Shown here in pieces: positions 22,569 through 34,049 of a stretch of 64,000 nucleotides of DNA (positions within the stretch are counted from its first letter, which is position 1; each line of letters starts with the position of its first letter). This DNA is from Azolla caroliniana. Taxonomy: Eukaryota; Plantae; Polypodiophyta. The translations under genes were made by a program, and so were the position numbers. Where the stretch lies: assembly GCA_043228905.1 (NCBI GenBank), contig JBHGNT010000002.1, positions 24,304,001 to 24,368,000 of the forward strand. Reading direction: 5' to 3'. The notes below the pieces were generated by a model. It saw nothing but the letters and a program-made list of their open reading frames with translations. It had not been told where the DNA came from and did no database searches.

Positions 22569-24944
22569 TCACTCCGACATGGGATGCCTCGTCAATCCGA
22601 TCCGCTTCCGGCATGCGTCTAGGTTGTCGGGCGTCAACACCTTGGTCAGCATATCCGACCCGTTCTCCTCCGTGTGGATCTTCATCAACACGAACTCTCG
22701 GTCTTCTACTTGCTCCCGAATCCAGTGGTACCTCCGCTGGATGTGCTTCGTCCTAGAATGATATGTTGCGTTCTTCGCAAGGTGGATGGCACTTTGACTG
22801 TCGCAATAGAGCCGGTATTCCTCTTGCCAGATCCCTAGCTCTTCGATGAAGTCCTTCATCCATAGTATTTCCTTGCCGGCTTCCACAGCCGCCATGTACT
22901 CCGCTTCCGTGGTTGACAACGCAACCGTCTTCTGCAGCCTTGATTGCCACGAAACAGCTCCCCCCGCATATGTCATGACATATCCGAATGTTGACCGGCT
23001 GGTATCCGCATCAGCCGACATATCCGAATTGGTGAAACCGTCAAGTTGGGGTTTACTGGAGCCGAATCGGAGACACATACTTGAGGTGCCTTTCAAGTAT
23101 CGGAGTATCCATTTTACCGCATTCCAGTGCTCCTTGCCGGGATTGCTCATAAACCGGCTCACCACTCCGACTGCATATCCGATATCCGGTCGGGTACACA
23201 CCATTGCGTACATTAGGCTCCCGACGGCAAAGGCATATGGTATCTTCATCATATCCACCTTCTTTGCCTTCGTCTTCGGGCTTTGCTTACCGGAGAACCT
23301 ACAGTTTGCCGGAAGTGTCGATCTGACCGGTTTCGCATCTGACATGTTGAACTGCTAAAGCATCTTTTGTTACCCGTATAGGTGTACGGGAGGGTTAGGT
23401 GTAATGTGGAAGGTGGTGTGTGAGGTGTAATGTGAAATGTGAATGTGTGAGTGTTAGGTGAGGTAAGTAGGTGTACCTACGTCCATTCGGCTTTTTGTAA
23501 AGATCTTCTATTATATAAATCCTCACTCATGGGGCATGAAAAAATGATATCGAAGTTACTCTAAATTGTGTCTATCTCGATTCTCTCTCTCTCTCTCATT
23601 CGTTCTCTCTGTGCATCTCATATCACCCTCTCTCCTCTCACACTCGAACCCCCTTGGGAGGGGGGTGGAGCCGATCTTGGCTCCACCCCCCACCCATAAA
23701 CACCTTTGTCATGTACTTCTCCTATGACAACCACAATTGCTTCGTTGGCTGGTTCCGGATGATATGCATCCCCAACATCTATCTTTCCAGACCCAAGTCT
23801 TTCATTGAGAAGGTCTGGTTCAGGGCCTTCTTAAGCATCCGTATCTTGACTTGGTCTCGTCCGACGATCAACATGTCGTCCACGTACAAGAGGAGTATCA
23901 TGAAGTCTCCACCTTCGAACTTCTTCACAAATACACAGTGATCGACTTGCGTCTTGTGGTACCCTTGATCGGTCATGAAGGAGTCGAACTTCCAGTACCA
24001 TTGCCAGGGAGCCTTCTTCAACCCGTAGAGGCTCTTTTTTAACCGGCAAACCAGGTGCTCCTTCCCTTTCTTCACAAATCCCTCCGGTTGCTGCATGTAG
24101 ATCACCTCTTCGAGGTCGTTGTGGAGGAACGTTGTCTTCACGTCTAACTGCTCTACCTCGGGGTCTATGCTTGCCGCTATGCTCAGCACCGTCCGGATGG
24201 AAGTCATCTTTAATACCAGGGCAAATATCTCGTCGAAGTCCACGCCCTTCTTTTGTTGGAACCCCTTCACCACGATCCTGGCTTTGTACCTTGGAGGGTT
24301 GCCATCATCTCTCGGTTTCAACTTGTACACCCACTTGTTTTGAAGTGCCCTCTTTCCTTTCGGCAACTCCACCAATTCATATGTGTGGTTCTCATGCAGG
24401 GAATCCATCTCGTCCTGCATGGCACTCAACCATTTGCTGCTATGGGTGTCATCCTTCGCTTCTTCGAAGCTTTTCGGCTCCCCCTCATCGATCAGCAGCA
24501 CATGCTTTGCATCCGGAAATCTCCGGGGGGCCCTTCTCTCTCTAAGAGGATATCACCATCTTTGGCTTTCGGCAACCGACTCCTCTATTTGTTCTTCATC
24601 TGAATCCGATTCGGGGTCTTGGCCAGTTCTGGTTTCAGCTTCCTCTACTTCTTCTTTTGTCGGTTCGGAATCCTCACCGTAACTGGCTGGTTCCTCGAGT
24701 GTCAACCGGCTCTTAGCCGGGTGGGTCCGAATGTCATCGGAGGTCATTATCTTCTTCTCCGACTCCCAGTCGGCAAGAGTTTTGTCCTCCATGAAGATAA
24801 TATCTCGGCTCCGGAAAACCTTCTTGTCAACAGGATCCCACACTCGGTAGCCGAAATCATCATCGTCGTATCCGAGGAATATGCATGGCCGGGTCTTTGG
24901 ATCCACCTTTCCTCTCCGGTCCTTAGCAACATGTACGTACGCGA
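22569..24944 (-). pseudogene. Copia integrase C-terminus, RT and RNase H (interrupted by a solo LTR)
   Basis: CIFLGY, YKARIVVKGF, LLLYVDDMLI, CTRPDIGYAVG, ALSTTEAEY, HSRTKHIQRRYHWIRE. Confidence 0.92.
23368..23702 (+). mobile_element. Solo LTR (335 bp) inserted in the Copia RT
   Basis: TGTTAC..AAACA. TSD TCTTT/CCTTT (1 mismatch); removing it restores ..EKYMTKVL..QFNMS. TATATAAA near 23512. 12-bp stem GGGGGTGGAGCC/GGCTCCACCCCC near the 3' end. Confidence 0.85.
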
Positions 24945-27080
24945 TGTTACCGATTAGGAACACGGTCTACGGTCAGTCCTTCGACCTAGACCTCCAAGTG
25001 ATTGTGAAACAATGAACGGTGGCGTCTGTGCGTAATACGTAGGGGAATGTTCCTCGTAACCTAGCAGCGTATAAGGGAGGCGGCTACAACCGAACTCCTT
25101 AACAGTGGCTACACACTCACGTTGCTTACTTCTACACTCTCAGGTATTTACAGGCACACAATAGATTAGCCGTAGCTATACACAAGTATCAGAGACGATA
25201 GAATTCTATTACGATACGCTCTTTTCATTCCAAAATTACACGCTACCTCTATCAGAGGTTTTCTGCCCTTTATATACGCAAGGTCTTTTAGCCGTTCACG
25301 CCTCCTGCGTGAACCGTTACATGCGTTACAATCTTATATTATTTCCTATTCCTACGCTCTTGTCCGTCGATTATTATTTCGGCGGACAACACCTGGCACT
25401 CCTGTGGGACAGTGCCCTGGCACGTCGGACCCATCCCGTTGATCTTCTTCCAAAATGGCCCGGATGTTTGGCTTTGCTATGGTGTCCGCGTCTGGAGGCA
25501 ACGTAGGGCCCGTAGGTGCATCGTGGTGTGGTTCCCCTGTTTGTTCGGGAGGGCTTCTCTTGGTGTCGCGGTCGTCATGTGTGGGCGGTTCGGGTACAAT
25601 GGGCTCTTCTTGGGCTAGTGGGTTGGGCTCAACAATCGTCGTGCTTGTGGTCGGTCGCTGCTCTGTCTCAACCGTCACTTCCTCCGTGGTGTCGGTCGTC
25701 GTTGTACGCTCCGGGGAGTGGGGTTGTGGTTCCGCTTGGTCCGCAACGTTCTCCGTGTGGTCAGCTGATAGCATGGGCTCCTGTAGATGGGGTTCCTCTT
25801 GGGCAACGGTTTCGCTATCTGGTAATGTGGGGGACTCCGCTCGTCATTCCACGCTGTTCACCGTCGTAATTTCTGGTGACCTGGCCTGAGGTTCCCCGTC
25901 TTCGGCAGTGCCCGGAATTGGCATCGTGATGGATTCCTCATTTGTTCGCGTGCGGGCGACTTGTGTGATCTGGTGAAATAGCTCCTCCTGGCTTTCACCA
26001 AAATCATCTAAGAGTTGCGCGAGTTCTTCGAAATGTTGGCCCGCGAGTGCGCGATAGTCTTGCGCTAGGTCCTCGCGTACTGCCGCAATGCTCTCCTCAT
26101 TGAGTTTATAGCAACCTCGGCCGTCTTTTCACCGGTTCTCCCAGTCCGCATGATACACATGCAATTCCGCCGCTTGGGTTGCCCACGCCATCCATCCTTT
26201 GTCTAGTGCCGTTTTCAATTGCGTTGTGAACCTCTCCCAATTTGTTTGTAGAAGGATACGCACGTTGTCTGTGATGGCCTGGCAACGGTTGCGTGCTTCT
26301 TCCACCGTCTTCTTGAGGTTTGCAATTTCTTGTTGACTAACCGCCATCGCTTCTTCGTACGTGGTCTTCAGGCCCGCCCACAGCTGGGATTCCTTTGCAT
26401 GGAGTTCTTCTAATTTCCCCATTTCATTGTTTAGGTGGATTTCGAGCTGATGCCTTCTTTCCTATTCGCCCACCAGCTGCTCGTCGAACCATACCTTCTT
26501 TTTCTCCAATAAGGTCCGGAGTCTCGCGATTGCCACCTCCGATTTGAACTGCGCCAATCCTCAAACAGGGAAAAGGAGATCCGGGCTAACGGCCGGAAGG
26601 CAATAAGAACCCTTGAAGAGAAACTTGTTGCGGAGGCATCACAACACATCCGAACAAAAGATGAAAACGCCCAATTACGGGAGGAATCTCTTCCTTCAAG
26701 GCGTCGATGGTGTGGTTTGGTGGTGGAGTTGCCTGTTGCGCCGTAGTTGCATTAGTTTCCAACTCTGCGATGCGTTGTCGTGAAGAATTTCGGGCAGAGG
26801 CGAAAACCGGGAAATATTGGCTACATCAACGGGGTGCGGCATGTGCGATCACCCTTGTACATTTAGTGTGAATAGTAGGAGTCAAGATTGGGACAGAGAA
26901 TCCCATGGAAGTCGGGATTTATCCCACATTGTAGCGCATCTCCCTCCTTGTTCTATAAAAGGAAGGGAGCACCTCTTGTGAGAGGGTTGCCCATTTTGTG
27001 TTAGAGGGTATATCGTTAGATTTAGGGTTAGTTTCTTCTTCTTCTTCTTCGCCGTGTGGGTTGAGAGTTCATGTCTATTT

Positions 27081-27360
27081 TGACAAGAACACACGCTCCC
27101 GATGAACAATGCTCGGCCCCAACCGAGCTTAGAATCAAAACACAGAAAAACGGGGAATGAATGCACGACACAAAGGAGAGAAGAGAACACAGGATGTTTA
27201 ACGTGGAAAACCCTGAGAGGGAAAAACCACGGGAGTCCACAGACTCCAAACTATCACTATATCACAATGATTACAACTGTGAGTTCACGGAGGCAACGAC
27301 CTCGTGCTCACGATCTTCGCCACAGGCGGCGGTTACAACAGAGGCAACAACCTCTTCCTC

Positions 27361-27412
<52 letters not shown>

Positions 27413-27662
27413 TACATTGTTACGCGCTCTAGTCTTGTGCCAACAAGAATGACAACAACAACAACAACAAAGTTTGCCCTAAGTCATATTTATACTAATA
27501 TGACTTTTCAGCTATTTACAAATATAGCCCCGATGGACTCTCAGGAAACGTATTTATGAATATGTCCCTTCATCCGGTGAGCACTTCTCATCGCATCTTC
27601 CGTAGCCGGGTACTCTGCACTGTTCTTCTCACTTCCCATCCGGAGGGACTTGTTTCCTAACA
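27081..27662 (-). mobile_element. Copia solo LTR inserted in the 5' LTR of the Trp-primed element
   Basis: TGACAAG..CCTAACA. TSD TATTT/TGTTT; the empty site is visible in the sister LTR (~32001-32015, catgtctgtttaggg). Shares ACAGGATGTT(T)AACGTGGAAAACCCTGAGAGGGAAAAACCACGGGAGTCC with the 21868 LTR. Confidence 0.9.
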
Positions 27663-27922
27663 TGTTTAGGGTTGTTTCTGCTCGATCTCCTGTGCAAGAC
27701 CCCGCTCGGCACAACGAGCCCGAGAGCTCCCCGATCCGCGGCTTGGCAGCAGACTGTTGTTGTAACCTACCTTACCTTGGCCCGGCTCGAAGCCAGGAAT
27801 GTATTCTTTCCCTTTGTAATATACACACTCGTGTTTGTTTGTTCATATTGTGGTATTTGGTGGTGTCGGAAGCGCTGCCTTGTTTCTTGTGTATAAGAGT
27901 CAGTGTCGCGCGCACACTTTCC

Positions 27923-27960
<38 letters not shown>

Positions 27961-28106
27961 GGTTACTTCCGGAACGCATCTGGAATCGTCTTCTCGGCTT
28001 CCCTTCTTCCCTCGACCGAGACCCCCGTGGTCCCGCCCTTCTACACGCACGCGCGTAAAAATGCGACATATTTTGGTGAACTCGACGTCAAAGGCGGCAA
28101 GGGAGG

Positions 28107-28880
28107 ATGGAGTTTGAAGAAGACGACTTCACGCAACTGTTTGTCGAAGTGGTGAGGGAGTTTGGACAAGCAACAACAAGAAGAGAGACGGTGCAACAAG
28201 CTGTCGAATGCGTGGTCGAAAGAGTCGGTCGTTTCAATGGGGACAAAGTCCCACCTTACTTGGAAGCCTACAACGCAGAAATGGAGGAGTGAGACGTGGA
28301 CGAAGCGTTGAGGCTGGAGTTCTTCTATCGGGCTGTCGCCGTTCATATGCACGCGGAAGTCAAGGAGTTCAGAGAAGCTCATAGTTCGTGGGAGGCCTTT
28401 GAAGAGGCGCTCCTGCAGGCATATGGAGGACGACGGAAGAGGCGGGGACGACACGACTTCGACCAATGGGTAGCATCGGCAATGACCCACCGGGGCGCTA
28501 CGAAGGTGTTCCGAGAGTTCGAGTGACGGCTTCCTCGGCTCTTGGAGCGGTAACAAGGTTTGGTGGGGGCGGACAAAGTCCTATTGTTCATCAAATCGAT
28601 CGACCGAGCGGAACAGGAGGCCATCGGGATTGAGCTCGAAGACGATGATGGAGCGAATGGGCTTACGAAGGACTCGTTGAAGGTTGGAAGGATATGCCAA
28701 CGGCTAGACGAAGAGCGAGCCGAGAAGGCTAAGGGGAAGGCGCGTGACAGCGTGCCATCACAACGGGAAGAGGCCAGACGACAAAGAGAGTTGGCAAGGG
28801 TCGACGTCGGGGCCAGGATTGCGGAAGCGTACGAGGCTCTGAAGGTGATGGTCGAAGAAGAAGAAAGATCCAGCACGTAG
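28107..28880 (+). pseudogene. Gypsy-type gag with in-frame stops
   Basis: Same-frame pieces GRFNGDKVPPYLEAYNAEME / SWEAFEEALLQAY..FDQWV / LLFIKSID..ELEDDDGANGLTKD. These resemble gag of non-seed-plant Gypsy elements and lie immediately after the PBS. Confidence 0.7.
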
Positions 28881-29849
28881 TCGGGTTCCAAAGACCTAGA
28901 GCTAGTCGGCCTTCCAGATGAGGTGGACATGGCCCAGGCAGAGGCCGAGGGAAGGTACGACGGTACCACGGGAGAGGGTGCGGAACAAAACGCCTTCTCG
29001 ACCTGCGGAGAGAGAACGGTCGAGGACGAGGCCGAGATGCCAATCGCGGAATCGGAACGTTGGGACCAGTGGTTTCGGGCGTGTCAACCCGAAACCTTGG
29101 ACATTGGAGAAGCAAGCCCAGACGGGGCTTGTGCGATCGGTAAGGGGACGGCCGCCGACCACGGAGAGCTGGTGGTTACGGACAGGGGCGTAAAACGGGC
29201 GGGCAATTCCTCATGTCTTCCCACACTTGCTCCCGAGATGATGGCAATCGGGCCCGAGTGCCGACGTGAGTCCCAAGAGGAGGAAGGCGGTGGTGAGAGA
29301 CCGAGAATCACCGGCAAGACGATACAGGGAAGGAGCGGACGAAAGCCCTCAGACCCGATTCCGGAGAACTCGACATTCGGGCCCTTATGCCCATGTGAGA
29401 CCAAGGAGATGGATGACGATACCGAGGAGTCCTGGCACGATGCCAGCGAAGATGGATGGGAGATGGCCCGCAAAAAGGTCGAAGAAGAGACCAAGAAACG
29501 GCCCGACTGGGGACCGAACCGTGCGACACTCCGATACGGGTGCAACGTGATCTGGTCATGGATTGTTCGATCGGGGCCAGAATTGGCGTGAATGTGCCGA
29601 TACGGGGGAGGGTGCGGACCAAGCCACCCTCTTTTACATGGGGAGAAAGCCGGCCAGGCGAAGGCCGCAAATCGGGAAGCTAGCGATCGAGGATGCGGAG
29701 AGAGACTGGCAGGTTTCGGACACCGCTGCCCGAAACTCTGGACATTGGAGAATCAAGTGCATGTGGCACTTGATCGATCGAAGTCCAGATGCTTCTCACC
29801 GAACGTGCTTGGGGAGTGGTACCCCGAACGAGCGTCCGCAAATCATTAC

Positions 29850-31330
29850 GAGACGGAAACACCACGTCTTATCCGGAGACTCAGGCAGCCGGCAACGAGC
29901 GCCGGCGTGAGACCTAGAGAGATGGGAGATGGTGGCGAGAGCACAACTAGGAGAGCGACGACGAGTTCGGGAGAAGTATAGAGGATGAAGAGGAGAACGA
30001 AGACCGGTCCTACGGATATCCTCACACCGATCCGGCTGTCGGCCCGAGTGCCGGCGTGAGTCCTATAGGAGAGATCGGTGGCGACGGGAGAACGGGACCC
30101 GGCAATCCAGAGAATGACGGGCGGACCCGGACGAGAATGGAGCGGAACAAAATTCCAGATAACCGATCCGGAAGAAAAGAGAGAGAGGTCAGGAACACGG
30201 TACGGCGGTACCACGGGAGAGGGTGTGGAGCAAGCCACCCTCTCGACATGCGGACGAAGACGACCCGGGATAAGGGTCTGAGATACAAAGGCCCAAGGAG
30301 GATCCTTCACACCGGATCTAGAGACTTCGGCAGTCGGTAACACGGTCGACGTAAGACCAAGATACTGACAGTGGCGGCAAGGGAACAAGGGTGGAAAACT
30401 GCGGATGGGCGGTCTACGGAGATCCTCACACTAATCCAGTTGTCGGCCTGAGTGCCGGTGTGAGTCCTATAGGAGAGATCGGTGTCGGCAAGAGAACGCG
30501 ACCAGCAGAGGAGGCCGACGCGGGGGTCGGGAAGACAAATCGGAGGCCCTAGGAGGATCCTTCACACCGGATCTAGAGACTTTGGCAGTCGGCAACGCGG
30601 TCGACGTAAGACCAAGATACTGACGATGGCGGCGAGGGGACAAGGGTGGAAAACGGCGAAAGAGGAAGTCCCACGAAGACACTCACACCGATCCGGAGAC
30701 TCCGGCGGCAGGCTAGCGAGAGCCGGCGTGAGACCTAGGGAGATGGATGGTGGCGGCAGGAGAACGTGATCGGACGACAGGAAGTGACGAACGGAAAGGA
30801 GGTATGAGATCGGCGAGGCGGCTACGGACCATCTCAAATCTTCCGGCAAGGTCAGTGGGCATAAGGAAGTCCAGTCCTATGGGATCCCCACACCGAACCA
30901 GAGACTCCGACAGTTCAGCCAACATGGCAACATGAGACCGAGAGAGAAGGTTGGTGGCGGCGGGAAAACGGGACCCGGCCACGCAGAAGACACGAGGAGA
31001 GTCGCGAAGGACTCCGATAGAAGACACCCGAATTTCGGCAAGAGGAGAACGTAGACCGGTCCTATGGAGATCCTCACACTGATACGGTTGTCGGCCCAAG
31101 TGCCAGCGTGAGTCCTATAGGAGAGATCGGTGGCGACAGGAGAACGGGACCCAGCGACACGAGATAGCGGATCGGGAGTCAGTAAGATGGGTTGCGCGGT
31201 TCGGAGGTAGCGCGTAGAAGGCTAGAGAAGGATCCTCCACACCGTTCCGGAGACTATGGCGGTTCGAGCCGACGTGGCAACGTAAGACCATGGAGAAGGA
31301 AGGTGGCGGCGAGAGGACAAAGGCAACGCG
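29850..31330 (+). repeat. Modular degenerate repeat array replacing pol in the gag-only element
   Basis: Module A (GATCCTCACAC..GTCGGCCCGAGTGCCGGCGTGAGTCCTATAGGAGAGATCGGTG) at ~30004, 30410 and 31056. Module B (GGATCCTTCACACCGGATCTAGAGACTT..CGACGTAAGACCAAGATACTGAC) at ~30297 and 30552. Related units at ~29860, 30670, 30880 and 31230. Confidence 0.85.
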
Positions 31331-34049
31331 AAACAACATGGGACAACTATCAGGACAACACGAATGGTCGACGGAGGCCAAGCGGGCCACTACGGGCGTT
31401 CCTCAAGCGGAGGACATCGGGCATACGGCGGAGAGTGGGGCGTGCATACGGCCGAACAAGGGCCAACGGAAGTACACGTACTACGGAGATTACAGTGAAA
31501 GACCCATCGACGGGTCAAACAAGCCTAAGGGGAGGTAAGTGCGAAGGAAGAACCAAGGCCGACGATTCAAACCGGCAGCAAGTCGGGATGCGGATTACGG
31601 AAGACCGGTTTCTCACCGGCCGAAATCTCTCACCCTTCACCGGATTTGGCACGTACCGGTGGACGTGCGGTTTGGTGGGGGCGGATGTCGTGAAGAATTT
31701 CGGCCAGAGGCGGAAACCAGGAAATATTGGCTACATTGATAGGGTGCGGCATGTGCGATCACCCTTGTACATTTAGTGTGAATAGTAGGAGTCAAGATTG
31801 GGACAGAGAATCCCATGTAAGTCGAGATTTATCCCACATTGTAGCGCATCTCCCTCCTTGTTCTATAGAAGGAAGGGAGCGCCTCTTGTGAGAGGGTTGC
31901 CCATTTTGTGTTAGAGGTTATACCATTAGATTTAGGGTTAGTTTCTTCTTCTTCTTCTTATTCTTCTTCTTCTTCTTCTTCGTCGTGTGGGTTGAGAGTT
32001 CATGTCTGTTTAGGGTTGTTTCTACTTGGTCTCCTGTGCAAGACCCCGCTCAGCACAACGAGCCCGAGAGCTCCCCGATCCGCGGCTTGGCAACAGACTG
32101 TTGTTGTAACCTACCTTACCTTGGCCCGGCTCGAAGCCGGGAATGTATTCTTTCCCTTTGTAATGTACACACTCGTGTTTGTTTGTTCATATTGTGATAT
32201 TTGTTGGTGTCGGAAGCGCTGCCTTGCTTCCTGTGTATAAGAGTCGGTGTCGCGTGCACGCTTTCCCTCCTTTCTCTCTCTCTCTCTCTCGTTAGGTTGC
32301 TTCCGGAACGCGTCCAGAATCGTCTTGTCGGCTTCTCTTCTTCCCTCGACCGAGACCCCCGTGGTCCCGCCCTTCTACACACACGCGCATAACAACGCGA
32401 CAACGTTCGTTGGCTTTTTGCAGCTCGGCTTGGGTTAGTTTCACCTTCTTCCATACATTCTTATTTTTAATGGCCATCTCCTTGGCGCCTGTGTTGACCT
32501 TTGCCAGTTCCCTATGGACTTCCACTAGGGCCGTGTTTAATGGGGGTAGCTCCATCCCCAATCGGTGTATACCGGCGTTCCTCTATCTGCCGACTTTGGC
32601 TAGTCGGTCCTCATCGTCGCTCTCCGTCGTTTGTGTTAGGGCGCGCTCGATCATCTGGCGCTCCGCGTGCTCCTCGGCCATTCGTTGTGAGGCCTTTATC
32701 TGTTGCGTTGCCAGGAATTCCATGAGCTCAAAAGAGGTGCCGTACTGTAAGAGGGCGTTGAACTCATGGGCCGTGTCTGGGATATCTGGATATGCCAAAA
32801 CCTCGCTTTCCGCCATCAATACGGCTTTCCCTCGTTGTGAATGGGCCGTAATGATCGGTCGTGGCTCCCGGATGATTTCGAAGGTGGTGTTGGGCTCCGT
32901 AGCTACAGAGCTATCGCCTTCAGTCATTGTCTCTACTGCCATGGGGACGTCCTTGACTAATCCCCGCCCATCTTTCCTGTCCAACCTTCGCCGTTTCGGG
33001 CTGGGGCTATCCTGCCATGTTTCGGCGTCTGGCTCTGGGATTGCTTCCGCGGAGCGTGCCGCCTGTTCTTCCTGCGTTGTCCTTGTGTCTGGCTGCGCGG
33101 GTAGGGGTTCCTCTTCCCACTCTATGGCAGCTAACTCCACTAACCTGTGTTTCACGGATCGGGGCGGAGGCGTGGGTCTGCTGGGTTGCGATGCCGACAA
33201 GCCTCGGGGTGGGAACAACACCATCAGGTACTGTTGTATGATCGGCCTGAGCTTCTTGCCTCCCCGGTACGCATGCAGGCCTTCCCTTAACGTTGGTCCC
33301 GTGATGACCCCCCAATCGACCGCACGCCCTTCAAAGGTATCAATAATTATACCCGCCTTCTGATTGGGCATCCCATATGCGTTGACGTGTACGCATCCAA
33401 CCTCTAATAGGAACTTGGCGACTTCACGGAAGAAGAGATCCAGGATCTGCTTTGTTCTATTGGCCTTGGCAAAGGAGGAATATGGGCCGAAATATCTCTG
33501 CAGCGCCTCTGCAGGAGGGATTTTGAAATGCCTCTCACCTAGTGATGACAAGTCCATTTTTTTCCGGATGGAAGAGTTGGTGACCGTGTCGATATTAAGT
33601 TTTCTGGCGATGTCCATCGCATCCGGGTGTGGAGGTGCCTCTGCGACCCGGATGTACCCATCCAGGTGTTTCTCCACGAGCCATCGGCGCAAGGCGGTAG
33701 AGATAAAGATCGGCATCGCCAGAGTAGGCTCGTGGGGAGGAGACCGGTGGTTGCGGTGGGCAGGAGCTTTGTGAGAGGATGGAGGAGAAGGTGAGGGAGG
33801 GGAGCGATGAGAGCGCTGAGAGTTAGAAGGTGGGTTACTGTTCTGTGCAGAAGATCTTCTATTTTCTACTTTTTGTGGCCTAGGGTTCATTGGGCGGTGA
33901 GCCATCGTGGTGCTGGGTGTTCTTGATCTAGGAGTCTGTGTATGCATTCAGTCCTTTTGCTTGAATAGCGTTGCTATCTTCTCTTTTTCTTTTTTCTTTT
34001 TTCTTTTCGTAACGGTTACATACAACCTATTTGTACATTATGATACAAG

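Larger units (their letters stand above)
26776..32402 (+). mobile_element. Non-autonomous gag-only LTR element with tRNA-Trp PBS and apparent 4-bp TSD
   Basis: LTRs 26776-28068 (including a 582-bp insert) and 31686-32402, both TGTCGTG..CGACA. PBS TGGTGAACTCGACGT at 28074 matches the plant tRNA-Trp 3' end (TGGTGAACCCGACGT) with 1 mismatch. G-rich PPT GGTGGGGGCGGA before 31686. Flanks GCGT/ACGT. No RT or integrase motifs seen. Confidence 0.85.
25352..33947 (-). pseudogene. Extra ('env-like') ORF of the Gypsy element, roughly 1000 codons, split by the 26776-32402 insertion
   Basis: 454-aa ORF 32583-33947 (S/P-rich start, then a globular block ending G.AVDWG). Reading continues ..QKANER|IAELET across the insertion into heptad-like segments (26129-26422) and a T/E/P-rich tail (25352-25774). 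Contains stops and frameshifts. Confidence 0.65.

Noticed and set aside
32410-33363. 317-aa plus-strand ORF in the Gypsy element
   Set aside because: Antisense shadow of the 454-aa extra ORF; composition is typical of a reverse-frame translation.
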